Of a DNA stretch of 47,957 bases, positions 15,822 to 25,179 are shown piece by piece; within the stretch, counting starts at the first letter, position 1, and each line of letters opens with the position of its first letter. The DNA is taken from positions 1 to 47,957 of the forward strand of contig JBGPDX010000001.1 of the NCBI GenBank assembly GCA_041482475.1. The letters run 5' to 3'. This DNA is from Candidatus Limnocylindria bacterium (GTDB lineage: Bacteria; Chloroflexota; Limnocylindria; Limnocylindrales; CSP1-4). The notes beneath the pieces are model-generated. The model was not told the origin of the DNA. It did not search any database and saw nothing but the letters and a program-made list of their open reading frames with translations. The position numbers and the translations under genes are program-made.

Positions 15822-16789
15822 CGGCCGGCCTCGACGGCCGCGCCGGCCGGGGCGGCCGTGTGATCGGTCGCTGTCAGCTCGAGGAACACGGACTCCAGGT
15901 CGCTCCCGGAATCGAGACCGGACAGATAGATCCCGGCGTCGGCCAGGGCGCGGGTGACGTCCGAGGCGCGCTCCTGCGGGATCTGCACGGTCAGCCAGCC
16001 CTGTCCGTCGGTCGACGGCGTGACGCTGCCGACGCCGGGGAGCGGGCGCAACGCGGCCGCGGCCGCCTCGACCTCGGCGGGCCGAATCCGCGCCCGGACG
16101 ACGCCCTCGCCGGCGAGGAGCGTGGCGATCGGTCCCTCGCGAACCAGCCGTCCCAAGGCCACGATCCCGACGACATCCGCGAGCTGCTGGACCTCGCCCA
16201 GGATGTGGCTGGAGATGAACACGGTCTTGCCGCTGGACGCGAGTTGCCGAAGCGTGTCACGCATGGCGACGATCCCCGCCGGGTCGAGCCCGTTGGCCGG
16301 CTCGTCCAGCAGCAGCAGCTTCGGGTCGCTGAGGAGGGCTGCGGCGATGCCGAGCCGCTGCTTCATCCCCATCGAGTACCGCGACACGGCATCATCGGCG
16401 CGATCGCGCAGCCCGAGCAGCTCGAGGAGCTCGTCGACCCGGTGTCGCGGCGTCGGCGCGCCGGTGGCCGCGAGTACCCTCAGGTTCGCCCGCCCGGACA
16501 GGTACGGGTAGAAGGTCGGCGACTCGATCAGCGAGCCGACCTCGAACAGGCGGCGGCGGTCGCGGCGTCCGAACGGCCGGCCAAGCAGCTCGATCGTGCC
16601 CGCGTCCGGGTGGATCAACCCGGTCAGCAGGCGCATCGTGGTCGTCTTGCCCGCGCCATTCGGGCCCAGGAAGCCGTAGACCACGCCGCTCGGGACGGAC
16701 AGGTCGAGGCCCGCCAGCGCCATCTGCGAGCCGTAGGACTTGCGGAGGCCGCGCGTGGCGAGCGCAAGGCTGCCGGACGACATCGTCAT
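15818..16789 (-). CDS. ABC transporter ATP-binding protein (DrrA/ABC-2 type, with C-terminal extension)
   Basis: Internal ATG at complement 16787-16789. Walker A (GPNGAGKTT), signature (YSMGMKQRLGIA) and Walker B (LLLLDEP) are present. Confidence 0.9.
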   Translation of the reverse strand: MTMSSGSLALATRGLRKSYGSQMALAGLDLSVPSGVVYGFLGPNGAGKTTTMRLLTGLIHPDAGTIELLGRPFGRRDRRRLFEVGSLIESPTFYPYLSGRANLRVLAATGAPTPRHRVDELLELLGLRDRADDAVSRYSMGMKQRLGIAAALLSDPKLLLLDEPANGLDPAGIVAMRDTLRQLASSGKTVFISSHILGEVQQLADVVGIVALGRLVREGPIATLLAGEGVVRARIRPAEVEAAAAALRPLPGVGSVTPSTDGQGWLTVQIPQERASDVTRALADAGIYLSGLDSGSDLESVFLELTATDHTAAPAGAAVEAGR

Positions 16790-16890
16790 GGCGCGCAACG
16801 CTAGCAGAGCGCCTGCGCGATCGCCTCCCGCGACGCGACTCGTGGCGGCATGATTCGGCACCGCGTCGCTGCGAGGGAGAGGACAGGCTG

Positions 16891-17859
16891 ATGGCGAGTT
16901 CGGGACGGGTCCGCTGGGGAATCCTGGGCACCGGCGGGATCAACGAGCGATTCCTCGCCCATGTCCGGGAGGCACCGAACGCCGAATTCGTCGCCGTCGG
17001 CAGCCGAACCGCCGCACGCGCACGAGCCTTCGCGGCCCGCCACGAGCTCGAACGGGCGCACGGCTCGTACGACGCGCTGCTGGCCGACCCGGCCGTCGAT
17101 GTCGTGTACATCTGCCTGCCCAACGCCCTCCATCACGAGTGGACGATGCACGCGCTGGCGGCCGGCAAGCACGTCCTGTGCGAGAAGCCGTACTCGCGCC
17201 ATCCCGCCGACGTCGTCGAGGCATTCGACGCGGCCGACGCCGCCCGGCTGCGCTTGATGGAAGGCTTCATGTGGCGACACACGCCGCAGGCCCGCCGCTT
17301 CGTCGAGCTGCTGCCCGAGATCGGCGAGCTGCAGGCGATCCGGGCAACGTTCAGCTTCCGGATCGCCGACCGGGGCGACGTTCGCCTGCGGCCGGATCTC
17401 GACGGCGGCTGCCTGATGGACGTCGGGTGTTACTGCGTCAGCGGCACGCGGCTCGCGGCGGGCCGCGAAGCGGACCGGGTCCGCGCCGAGCAGTTCGTCG
17501 GCGAGTCGGGGGTCGATGAACGGTTCGCCGGTCTCCTCCATTTCCCCGGTGGCGTCAGCGGCACGATCGTCGCCGGGTTCCACTCCGAGCACGCCAGCCT
17601 CGAGGCCATCGGGAGTGACGGATCGCTGCTGCTCCCCGACGCGTGGACCGGTCGCGCCACGGCGCTGTTGCTCGATGGCCGGGAGATCCCGGTCGAGCCG
17701 CAGGATCCGTATCGGCTCGAGGTCGAGAATCTCAGCGCGGCGATTCTCGGCCAGGCGGAGCCGCTCCTGGGCCGCGCCGATGCGCTCGGCCAGGCGAGCA
17801 CGATCGAGGCGCTCTATGCCGCGGCCGGCTCCGCGGAGCCGGCGACCGTCGCGAGCTGA
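16891..17859 (+). CDS. Gfo/Idh/MocA-family NAD(P)-dependent oxidoreductase
   Basis: Sequence VRWGILGTGGINERF...VVYICLPNALHHEWTMHALAAGKHVLCEKP is the Rossmann and EKP motif typical of the family. GGGAGAGGA lies upstream of the ATG. Confidence 0.9.
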   Translation: MASSGRVRWGILGTGGINERFLAHVREAPNAEFVAVGSRTAARARAFAARHELERAHGSYDALLADPAVDVVYICLPNALHHEWTMHALAAGKHVLCEKPYSRHPADVVEAFDAADAARLRLMEGFMWRHTPQARRFVELLPEIGELQAIRATFSFRIADRGDVRLRPDLDGGCLMDVGCYCVSGTRLAAGREADRVRAEQFVGESGVDERFAGLLHFPGGVSGTIVAGFHSEHASLEAIGSDGSLLLPDAWTGRATALLLDGREIPVEPQDPYRLEVENLSAAILGQAEPLLGRADALGQASTIEALYAAAGSAEPATVAS

Positions 17860-17880
17860 ACCACGCGGCGCCCCCGGGCG

Positions 17881-19116
17881 TCAGGCGTCGAGTCGCTCCC
17901 CCACCCGAGCGGCGATGACCCGGCCGATCGCCAGCGACGCCGTCGCCGCCGGCGAGGGCGCGTTCCGGACGTGCAGCACCCGCCCCGACCCGGCGAAGTC
18001 GAAGTCGTCGACCATCGTGCCGTCGCGGGCGAGCGCCTGGGCGCGCACGCCGGAAGGCCCGAAAACGAGCTGGTCCGCGCGCAGCTCGGGGATGTAGCGC
18101 TGGAGCTCGCGCAGGAACGCGCCCTTGGACCAGTCGCGCCACATCTCCGCCAGACCGGTGCGCAGGTACCTCGTCGCCAGGCGGAGAAAGCCCGGGTAGG
18201 TCAGCGTTCGGAACAGGTCGGCCGGTGACAGGTCGCGGCGACGGTAGCCGGCGCGGGCGAAGGCGAGGACGGCATTCGGGCCGGCCCACACGTTGCCGTC
18301 GATCCGGCGGGTGAAATGCACGCCAAGGAACGGGAAGCGCGCATCCGGCACCGGATAGACGAGACCGCGTACCAGGTCGCGGGCATCGGGGGTGAGGGTG
18401 TAGTAGTCGCCGCGGAAGGGCACGATCCGCGGAGCGTCGGGCCCGGCGTCGCCGGTCATCGCCGCCAGCTGGTCGGCCCACAGGCCGGCGCACACGACGA
18501 CGGTACGCGCCGCGACGTTGCCGCCGTCGGTGCGGACGATCGTCGTTCCATGCCGGTCCTCGATCCCGGTCACCCGCCGGCCCGTCTCGATCGTCCCGCC
18601 GGCCGTTCGAACGTCAGCCGCGTACGACAGCGCGACGGCACGGAAGTCGACGATCCCCGTGGTCGGGCTCCACAGCGCGCGGATGCCGGCGACGTGCGGC
18701 TCGATCTCCCGGATCCGTTCCGCGCCGACGAGCTCCAGGCCCGGCACGTCGTTGGCCGTCGCCCGCTCGTGCAGCGCGGTCAGCCGCTCCAGCTCGTCGT
18801 TGGCCAGGGCCACGACGAGCTTCCCGGTCCGCTGCAGGGCAATCCCCTTCGCCGCGCAATAGGTCTCGAGGGCGGCCTTGCCCTCGCGACAGAGCTGCGC
18901 CTTGAGCGAGCCGGGCGCGTAATAGAGTCCGGCGTGGACGACCCCGCTGTTGTGCCCGGACTGATGGGCCGCGAGCTCGGGCTCGCGCTCGAGGACAACC
19001 AACCGAAGGCCGGGTCGATCCTGGAGCAGGTGCCGGGCGGTCGCCAGCCCGACGATCCCGCCGCCGACGATCGCGACGTCGACCGTGCGACTGTCGAGCG
19101 ATGCGCCGCCGGTCAC
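17881..19116 (-). CDS. lhgO: FAD-dependent L-2-hydroxyglutarate oxidase/dehydrogenase-like protein
   Basis: Motifs VDVAIVGGGIVGLATA and HQSGHNSGVVHAGLYYAPGSLKAQLC, plus a length of 411 aa, match LhgO/YgaF-type enzymes. The GTG start overlaps the upstream stop as GTGA. Confidence 0.8.
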   Translation of the reverse strand: MTGGASLDSRTVDVAIVGGGIVGLATARHLLQDRPGLRLVVLEREPELAAHQSGHNSGVVHAGLYYAPGSLKAQLCREGKAALETYCAAKGIALQRTGKLVVALANDELERLTALHERATANDVPGLELVGAERIREIEPHVAGIRALWSPTTGIVDFRAVALSYAADVRTAGGTIETGRRVTGIEDRHGTTIVRTDGGNVAARTVVVCAGLWADQLAAMTGDAGPDAPRIVPFRGDYYTLTPDARDLVRGLVYPVPDARFPFLGVHFTRRIDGNVWAGPNAVLAFARAGYRRRDLSPADLFRTLTYPGFLRLATRYLRTGLAEMWRDWSKGAFLRELQRYIPELRADQLVFGPSGVRAQALARDGTMVDDFDFAGSGRVLHVRNAPSPAATASLAIGRVIAARVGERLDA

Positions 19117-20216
19117 TGTACCGGTGTGGCGCGCGGAAACGGGACGCCGAGTCGCTCGCCAAGCTCGACCAGAGAGGCGTGATGGCGCGCGTCGATGGCG
19201 ACCCCACGCTCATCCGAGCGGCGCTCCGCCTCGGCCTCCGGCTCTCCCGGGATGAGGACGCGCCCCGGGGCGCCGGGCACGGTCTCTGCGGAGGTCAGCT
19301 GGTCGAAGTAGCGCTCCAGCCTGGCCTCGAACGCGCCGGGCTCGTCGATGGCCGCGGGATCGATGACCGAGAAGGCCTGGCCAAGGTCCGACGGCGCCGT
19401 CGTCGCGAACAGGCCGATGATGTTCGGGCCGAACGACGCCCCGGCCAGGATGCCGGTCAGCAGGTCGACGCCAAGGCCCAGGCCGTAGCCCTTGTAGCCG
19501 GCCGTCTCCTCGAGGCCGCCGAGCGGCAGCAGGGCGCCCGCGAGCGCCGCCTCCGGCGTCGTCGCCGGCCGCCCGTCCGGCCCGATGGCCCAGCCCACCG
19601 GGAGCTGCTCGCCACGCCGCGCCGCCACCTCGATCCGCCCGCGCGGGATCGTCGAGGTCGCCATGTCGAGGCAGAACGCTCCCCAGCGGCCGGCGGGCGC
19701 GGCGAGCGCGATCGGGTTGGTGCCGATCAGTGGCCGCAGGGCGCGCGTCGGGGCGACGAGCGGCGAGCTGTTGGTGAACGACAGGCCGATCATCCCGGCC
19801 GCCGCGGCGCGAAGCGCGTACCAGCCGGCGATGCCGTAGTGGTTCGAGTTGCGGACGACCGCGACGGCCGAGCCGGTGGTGCGGGCCCGTTCGATGGCCC
19901 AGTCGATGGCGATCCGCGACGCGTGGTGGCCCCAGCCGTTGCGGGCGTCGAAGCGTGCCAGTGCCGGCTTCTCGCGCTCGACCACGGGGCGCGCGGCGGG
20001 GTCCATCACCCCGGCGTCGACGAGCGCGACGTAGTTCGCCAGCCGGGCCGTGCCATGGGACGCGATCCCCCGCCGGTCAGCGGCGACGAGAATCTCCGCG
20101 ACGTCGGTGGCGATGTCGCCGGGAGTGCCGAGTTTGGCGAGGAGTGCCACCGTCCAGGCCCGGAGGAGATGGGCTCGGACGGTGGCGCCCTCGGCGGGAT
20201 CGGCGTAGACGGGCAT
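19113..20216 (-). CDS. Ldh_2-family (malate/L-lactate/ureidoglycolate-type) 2-hydroxyacid dehydrogenase
   Basis: 367 aa with blocks ADRRGIASHGTARLANY, VVRNSNHYGIAGWY, GTNPIALAAP, MATSTIPRG and GYKGYGLG. Confidence 0.85.
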   Translation of the reverse strand: MPVYADPAEGATVRAHLLRAWTVALLAKLGTPGDIATDVAEILVAADRRGIASHGTARLANYVALVDAGVMDPAARPVVEREKPALARFDARNGWGHHASRIAIDWAIERARTTGSAVAVVRNSNHYGIAGWYALRAAAAGMIGLSFTNSSPLVAPTRALRPLIGTNPIALAAPAGRWGAFCLDMATSTIPRGRIEVAARRGEQLPVGWAIGPDGRPATTPEAALAGALLPLGGLEETAGYKGYGLGLGVDLLTGILAGASFGPNIIGLFATTAPSDLGQAFSVIDPAAIDEPGAFEARLERYFDQLTSAETVPGAPGRVLIPGEPEAEAERRSDERGVAIDARHHASLVELGERLGVPFPRATPVQ

Positions 20217-20225
20217 ACCGTGCGC

Positions 20226-21245
20226 TCAGGCCGGAGCCGTGGCGGCCTCGAGCCCATGCATCTCGGGGACCAGGTCGCCGCGCTCGATCGCGTGGCGGAA
20301 GATGTCGACGGTCTCCCGGATCGCCTGACCGAGCGGCGTCACCGGGACGTCGCCGAGCACGTCGGTCCCGGCGTCGTCGATGGCTCCGGGAAACGGCAGT
20401 GGCTTCGGGTCGAAGGTCACCAGGCCTCGGGCGCCCGGCACGGCGGCCTCGATGGCCGTCACGACATCCTCCATCGAGGCGATCGAGCCGCCCAGGTTGA
20501 AGACCTGCGCGCCCGTCAGCTCGCTGTGGCTGGCCGCAATGAGCGTCCTGGCGACGTCCGCCGCATATTGGAGCAAGGTCCGCCCGCCGAAGGCGATCCG
20601 ATACGGCCGACCGACGACGGCGGACAGGATGGCCTTGGTGGGGCCGCTCGTCATCCCCTGGTCGCGACCCGGGCCGTAGACCGTCAGCGGCCGGAGACCG
20701 ATCGTCGACAGGCCGTCGTCCAGCCAGTAGACCCGCGCGTTGCCCTCGTTGGCGAGCTTGTAGACGCCGTAGTGGGTGACTGGATGGGCGGTCGCGTCGA
20801 CGTGGAGGCGCCCGTCCGCGGCGTCGGCGTCCGCGGCGTCGAACATCCCGATGGAGCTGGTGTAGACGACCTTCGCAATGCGGTCGGTTCGCGCCTTGAC
20901 GGCCTCGAAGACGTTGACGGTCCCGACGACGTTGACGAGCGCGCCCAGTGGCGGATTCGCGCGGGCGAACGGCACCTGCAGCGCGGCGAGGTGGATGACG
21001 TTCGTGATGTCGTGCTCGTCGAGCGCCGCCCCGACGGAGCCCAGCTCGGTGATGTCGCCGCGGACGAAGATGACCCTGCGCAGCTCGTCGTCGGACATGA
21101 TCAGGCGCAGGCGTTTCGGGTCGCCGGCAAGGTCGAAGGCAACGACCGGCAGACCCTGCCGGACCAGCGTCCTGACCGTCCAGGCGCCGATGCAGCCGAG
21201 GGCGCCGGTGACGAGGAAGCGCTCGCCCGACCGTGCGCCTGTCAC
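20226..21245 (-). CDS. NAD-dependent epimerase/dehydratase-family (extended SDR) protein
   Basis: Rossmann motif FLVTGALGCIGAWTVRTLV and catalytic YxxxK (YGVYKLANE). The GTG start overlaps the FAH stop as GTGA. Confidence 0.85.
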   Translation of the reverse strand: MTGARSGERFLVTGALGCIGAWTVRTLVRQGLPVVAFDLAGDPKRLRLIMSDDELRRVIFVRGDITELGSVGAALDEHDITNVIHLAALQVPFARANPPLGALVNVVGTVNVFEAVKARTDRIAKVVYTSSIGMFDAADADAADGRLHVDATAHPVTHYGVYKLANEGNARVYWLDDGLSTIGLRPLTVYGPGRDQGMTSGPTKAILSAVVGRPYRIAFGGRTLLQYAADVARTLIAASHSELTGAQVFNLGGSIASMEDVVTAIEAAVPGARGLVTFDPKPLPFPGAIDDAGTDVLGDVPVTPLGQAIRETVDIFRHAIERGDLVPEMHGLEAATAPA

Positions 21246-22111
21246 GACGCGATCCGGCAGCGGTTGGTGAGCCGGCCGATGCCCTCGATCTCGACGACCA
21301 CCTCATCGCCGTCGGCGAGCCAGAGCGGGGGCTTCCGGAAGGCGCCGACGCCGGCCGGCGTCCCGCTGGCGATGACGTCGCCGGGCTCGAGGGTGAACGC
21401 CCGGGAGCAGTGGCTGACGATCTCGGCGACGCCGAAGTAGAGGTCGGACGTTCGCGCCGACTGGCGCTCCTCGCCGTTGACCAGGCAGCGGATCGCGAGG
21501 TCGCGCGCGTCGCCGATCTCGTCGCCGCTGACCACTACGGGCCCGATGGGACAGAACGTGTCGAGCGACTTGCCGCGGGTCCACTGACCGTCGCCGAACT
21601 GCAGGTCGCGCGCCGACACGTCGTTAAGGCAGGTGTACCCGAGGACGCAGTCGAGCGCGCTCGATTCGTCGACATTGCGCGCGGTCCGGCCGATGACGAC
21701 GCCGAGCTCGGCCTCGTAGTCCACCTGCCTGGTGAGCGACTGGCTCCAGCGGATCTCGTCGCCGTGGGCGATCAGGGCGGTCGGGAACTTCGCGAAGATC
21801 AGGGGCGCGGGAGGCGGCTCGGTCCCGGACTCCGCCGCGTGGTCCTTGTAATTGCGGCCGATCGCCACGACCTTGCCGGGACGTGGCACGGGGGCCAGGA
21901 GTCGGAGTTTCGCCAGGGGCCGGCCCCGGGCCGCGATCCGATCCGGGTTCGCCTGGCGCAGGCGATCGACGCCCGCCGCGCCGGCGGCGAACAGCTCGGC
22001 CATCGTTCGCGGCCCGTCGTCGACGAGCTCCGTGGCGGGAAGCGCACACTCGTCCGCGACCACCGCGAGTCGCTCGCCGTCGCGGTCGTCCAGGTACGAG
22101 CAGAGCCGCAT
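21242..22111 (-). CDS. fumarylacetoacetate hydrolase (FAH) family protein, COG0179 type (candidate 2,4-diketo-3-deoxy-sugar-acid hydrolase)
   Basis: 289 aa with blocks KVVAIGRNYKDHAAE, PLIFAKFPTALIAHGD, VDYEAELGVVIG, NDVSARDLQ, KSLDTFCPIGP and PGDVIASGTPAGVG. Confidence 0.9.
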   Translation of the reverse strand: MRLCSYLDDRDGERLAVVADECALPATELVDDGPRTMAELFAAGAAGVDRLRQANPDRIAARGRPLAKLRLLAPVPRPGKVVAIGRNYKDHAAESGTEPPPAPLIFAKFPTALIAHGDEIRWSQSLTRQVDYEAELGVVIGRTARNVDESSALDCVLGYTCLNDVSARDLQFGDGQWTRGKSLDTFCPIGPVVVSGDEIGDARDLAIRCLVNGEERQSARTSDLYFGVAEIVSHCSRAFTLEPGDVIASGTPAGVGAFRKPPLWLADGDEVVVEIEGIGRLTNRCRIAS

Positions 22112-22134
22112 CCGCCCTCCGTCCCCCGCTTGGC

Positions 22135-22173
22135 CCGTTCAGCATGCTGGCTTCCGAACGAGATGTTGAACGG
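22135..22173. promoter_or_regulatory. inverted repeat / candidate operator in the divergent FAH-AOR promoter region
   Basis: CCGTTCAGCAT (22135-22145) pairs with ATGTTGAACGG (22163-22173), forming 11-bp arms with 1 mismatch. The first arm contains the perfect 10-bp palindrome CAGCATGCTG (22140-22149). Confidence 0.35.
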
Positions 22174-22216
22174 TACGCTAGGCTCGTCCGGGACGTCAAT
22201 CGCGGTGGAGGGGACG

Positions 22217-24160
22217 GTGAGCCGGTTCGGCCACTGGGGACGCATCCTTCGGGTCGACCTGTCGACCGGATCGCTCGGCGCGGACCAGCTCGACGACGAC
22301 AGCTGGCGGCTGTATGCCGGCGGCTCGCTCCTCGCCACGCGACTCCTCCTCGCCGAGACGCCGCGCGGGCTCGACGCCTTCGATCCGGCCGCCGTCCTGA
22401 TCGTCGCGTCCAGCGCCGTCGCCGGCCACCGGGCGCCGGCATTGCCTCGCTTCTCGGTCGTGGCGAAGTCGCCACTGACCGGCGGCATCGGCGAGGCGCG
22501 CGCAGAGGGCCCGTTCGGCATCGCCCTCAAGGCCTGTGGCTTCGACGCGCTCGTCATCGGGGGGGCGTCGGAGCGGCCCGTTGCGCTGACAATCGTCGAC
22601 GGCCGGCCGAAGCTCATCCCGGCGGACGACCTGTGGGGCCTCGACACATCGCAGGTCGTCGACGCCCTCGAGGTGCGCCTTGGCCCGTGCCACGTGGCGA
22701 CCATCGGGCCGGCCGGTGAGCGCCTGGTCCGGTTTGCCGGCGTCGTGGCGGACCGCTCGTTCGCCGCGCCGCGGATGGGACTCGGGGCGGTCATGGGGGC
22801 CAAGCGCCTGAAGGCCGTCGCGATCGTCGGCGGCGAGGCGCCACCGGTGGCGGACCCGGGCGCGCTCGATGCCATCCGCCGGGCCTACGCCGGCGCGGTC
22901 GACCGGAATCCGGTCACCAGGTGGCAGCGGCGCCCGCCGGGCTTCGGCGCCTGGGTCGGTGGCGCGCCGGCCGGCTCGTACGCGGTCGAGAACTTCAGGA
23001 CGTCCGCGTTCGACGCGCGGGGCTACCTCGCCGACGCCTTCGAACAGCGTCTCGCCTGGAGCGCCGACGGCTGTCCCGGCTGTCCCAGCGATTGCATCAA
23101 GGGGTTCGCCGGCTCGCCGGATGCGGCAGCCGTCAGGCGGACGGCCGAACGACGGGAGGGCGGCCTCCACCAGGAGGCGATCGCCGCCCTCGGCCCGAAC
23201 CTGGGCCTCGGCAACCTCGGGGATGTCATCGACCTGAACGGGCAATGCCTGCGGCTGGGCCTCGACCCGGTGTCGACCGGCTTCACCCTGAGCTTCGCCA
23301 TGGAGTGCCGCGAGGCGGGGATCGCGACCGGGCACGACCTCGACGGACTCGACCTGCGGTTCGGCCAGGCTTCGGCCGCGACGGCGATGGTCGACCGGAT
23401 CGCCCGGCGTGAAGGGAGTGGCGACTGGCTGGCCGAGGGATCGGCGCGGGCTGCCACGCATGTCGAGGGTGCGGCCGGCCGGTACGCCCTGACCGTCAAG
23501 GGCCTCGAGCTGCCGCCGTTCGACCCGCGGGCCCAGGCGGGCCTCGCCCTGGGATTCGCGACGGCGCCGTTCGGGCCTCGCTACGACGTCGCCGAGCACG
23601 ACGCCGACTACGACGACGAGGCGCCGTCCTGGCCGCACGCCCTCGAGCTGTCGCGGCCGCTGGGCATCGTGGCGCTGTCGCCGGCGACGGCACAGACGCC
23701 GCAGAAGGTCCGCGACTTCGCGGTGCTCGCCCAGCTGTGGAGCGGCTTCGATGCACTGCTCGTCTGTCCGTTCGCGAGCGCGCCGGTCCGGATCCTGTCG
23801 CTCGACGACGTCGCCCGGCTCGTGCGTGCCGTGACCGGCTGGCAGACGAGCTCGGACGAGGTCATGGGCTGGGGCGCGCGCCGCCTCCAGCTCATGCGGA
23901 TCTACAACATCCGCGAAGGGCTCGGAGCGACCGACGACGCGCTGCCCGACCGGTTCTTCGACGAGCCTCTCGACGCGGGGCGCCATGCCGGCACCCATCT
24001 CGACCGGCGGGCCTTCGCCGCGATGATCGCTCGCTACTACGAGCTGATGGGCTGGGACCGCGAGGGCGTCCCCACGCTCGCCGCACGGTCGGCGCACCAT
24101 CTCGAGTGGACGGCATTTGGAGAGGAGCGAGGATGGCCTTCGACCCCACCGAGCGCGTGA
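22217..24160 (+). CDS. aldehyde:ferredoxin oxidoreductase (AOR) family, tungsto-/molybdopterin + [4Fe-4S] enzyme
   Basis: GTG at 22217 after GGAGGGG, in frame within ORF 21233..24160. Sequence VSRFGHWGRILRVDLSTG...LYAGGSLLATRLL...RFSVVAKSPLTGGIGEARAEGPFGIALKACGFDALVIGGAS...GLGAVMGAKRLKA. The cluster motif CPGCPSDC (CxxCxxxC) is present, with a later candidate fourth Cys (LLVCPF). Confidence 0.85.
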   Translation: MSRFGHWGRILRVDLSTGSLGADQLDDDSWRLYAGGSLLATRLLLAETPRGLDAFDPAAVLIVASSAVAGHRAPALPRFSVVAKSPLTGGIGEARAEGPFGIALKACGFDALVIGGASERPVALTIVDGRPKLIPADDLWGLDTSQVVDALEVRLGPCHVATIGPAGERLVRFAGVVADRSFAAPRMGLGAVMGAKRLKAVAIVGGEAPPVADPGALDAIRRAYAGAVDRNPVTRWQRRPPGFGAWVGGAPAGSYAVENFRTSAFDARGYLADAFEQRLAWSADGCPGCPSDCIKGFAGSPDAAAVRRTAERREGGLHQEAIAALGPNLGLGNLGDVIDLNGQCLRLGLDPVSTGFTLSFAMECREAGIATGHDLDGLDLRFGQASAATAMVDRIARREGSGDWLAEGSARAATHVEGAAGRYALTVKGLELPPFDPRAQAGLALGFATAPFGPRYDVAEHDADYDDEAPSWPHALELSRPLGIVALSPATAQTPQKVRDFAVLAQLWSGFDALLVCPFASAPVRILSLDDVARLVRAVTGWQTSSDEVMGWGARRLQLMRIYNIREGLGATDDALPDRFFDEPLDAGRHAGTHLDRRAFAAMIARYYELMGWDREGVPTLAARSAHHLEWTAFGEERGWPSTPPSA

Positions 24161-25179
24161 CGCTGGGGCGCAGCCGGGTGACCGTCACCAGGCTGGGCCT
24201 CGGCACGGCCGAGATCGCCGGGCTCTATCGCCCGGTGACGGACGAGGCGGCCGTGCAGCTCGTGCGCCACGCCTGGGACGCCGGCGCTCGTTACTTCGAC
24301 AGCGCCCCGCTGTACGGCTACGGCAACGGGGAGCGGCGGCTCGGTTTGGGACTGCGTGGCCGCGAGCGGGAGGCCTTCGCCGTCTCGACCAAGGTCGGCC
24401 GGCTGCTCGTTGCCGTGGACCGGATTCCGCCCGGTGCGGTGATCGACCGGCAGTCGCGCGACGGCGTCGACGACGCGTTCTACAGCGGCACGCCGGCCGT
24501 CCGACCCATCTTCGACTTCAGTCGTGACGCGGTGATGCGGTCCGTCGAGGAGAGCCTCGCGCGCCTTGGCCTCGACCGCGTCGACATCCTCTACATCCAC
24601 GACCCCGACGATCACTGGGAGGACGCCATCGGCGGCGCCTATCCGGCGTTGCACGCGCTTCGCGCGGCCGGCGTGGTCGGGGCGATCGGGGCCGGCATGA
24701 ACCAGCCCGGGATGCTGGCGAGGTTCGCCCGCGAGGGCGACTTCGACGTGTTCATGCTGGCCGGCCGCTACACGCTCCTCGACCAGAGCGGCCTCGCCGA
24801 GCTGCTCCCGCTGTGCGTCGAGAAGGGCATCTCGGTCGTCGGCGCGGGGATCATGAACAGCGGCCTGCTGGCGGACCCGAAGCCGGGCGCCCTGTTCGAC
24901 TACGTCCCGGCATCGCGCGTGCTGGTCCACCGCGCCCAGCGGATCCGCGAGGTGTGCGCCCGCCACGGCGTCGGCATTCGCGCGGCAGCGATCCAGTTCC
25001 CCCTCGCCCATCCCGCAGTCGCGGCGATCGTCGCCGGCGTCCGGTCCGTCGAGCACTTCGACGACTATCCGCGGCTGCTGGCCGAGTCGATCCCGGACGA
25101 CCTGTGGGCTGACCTCAAGGCGGAGAGCCTCATCGCGCCACAGGCACCCGTCCCCACCGCCACGGCCGGCGTCGGGTGA
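24133..25179 (+). CDS. aldo/keto reductase, D-threo-aldose (L-fucose/D-arabinose) 1-dehydrogenase-like
   Basis: ATG at 24133 after GGAGCGAGG, in frame within ORF 23737..25179. Sequence VTRLGLGTAEIAG...AWDAGARYFDSAPLYGYGNGERRLG...VDILYIHDP. It overlaps the AOR 3' end by 28 nt. Confidence 0.8.
   Translation: MAFDPTERVTLGRSRVTVTRLGLGTAEIAGLYRPVTDEAAVQLVRHAWDAGARYFDSAPLYGYGNGERRLGLGLRGREREAFAVSTKVGRLLVAVDRIPPGAVIDRQSRDGVDDAFYSGTPAVRPIFDFSRDAVMRSVEESLARLGLDRVDILYIHDPDDHWEDAIGGAYPALHALRAAGVVGAIGAGMNQPGMLARFAREGDFDVFMLAGRYTLLDQSGLAELLPLCVEKGISVVGAGIMNSGLLADPKPGALFDYVPASRVLVHRAQRIREVCARHGVGIRAAAIQFPLAHPAVAAIVAGVRSVEHFDDYPRLLAESIPDDLWADLKAESLIAPQAPVPTATAGVG

Noticed and set aside
19101-24100. Very long ORFs 19101..21440 (+, 779 aa), 20077..21306 (-), 21799..22875 (-) and 22196..24100 (-, 634 aa)
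   Set aside because: They are antisense or off-frame to the Ldh_2, SDR, FAH and AOR genes. Their composition is dominated by R, G, P, D and A, and they show no domain signatures.
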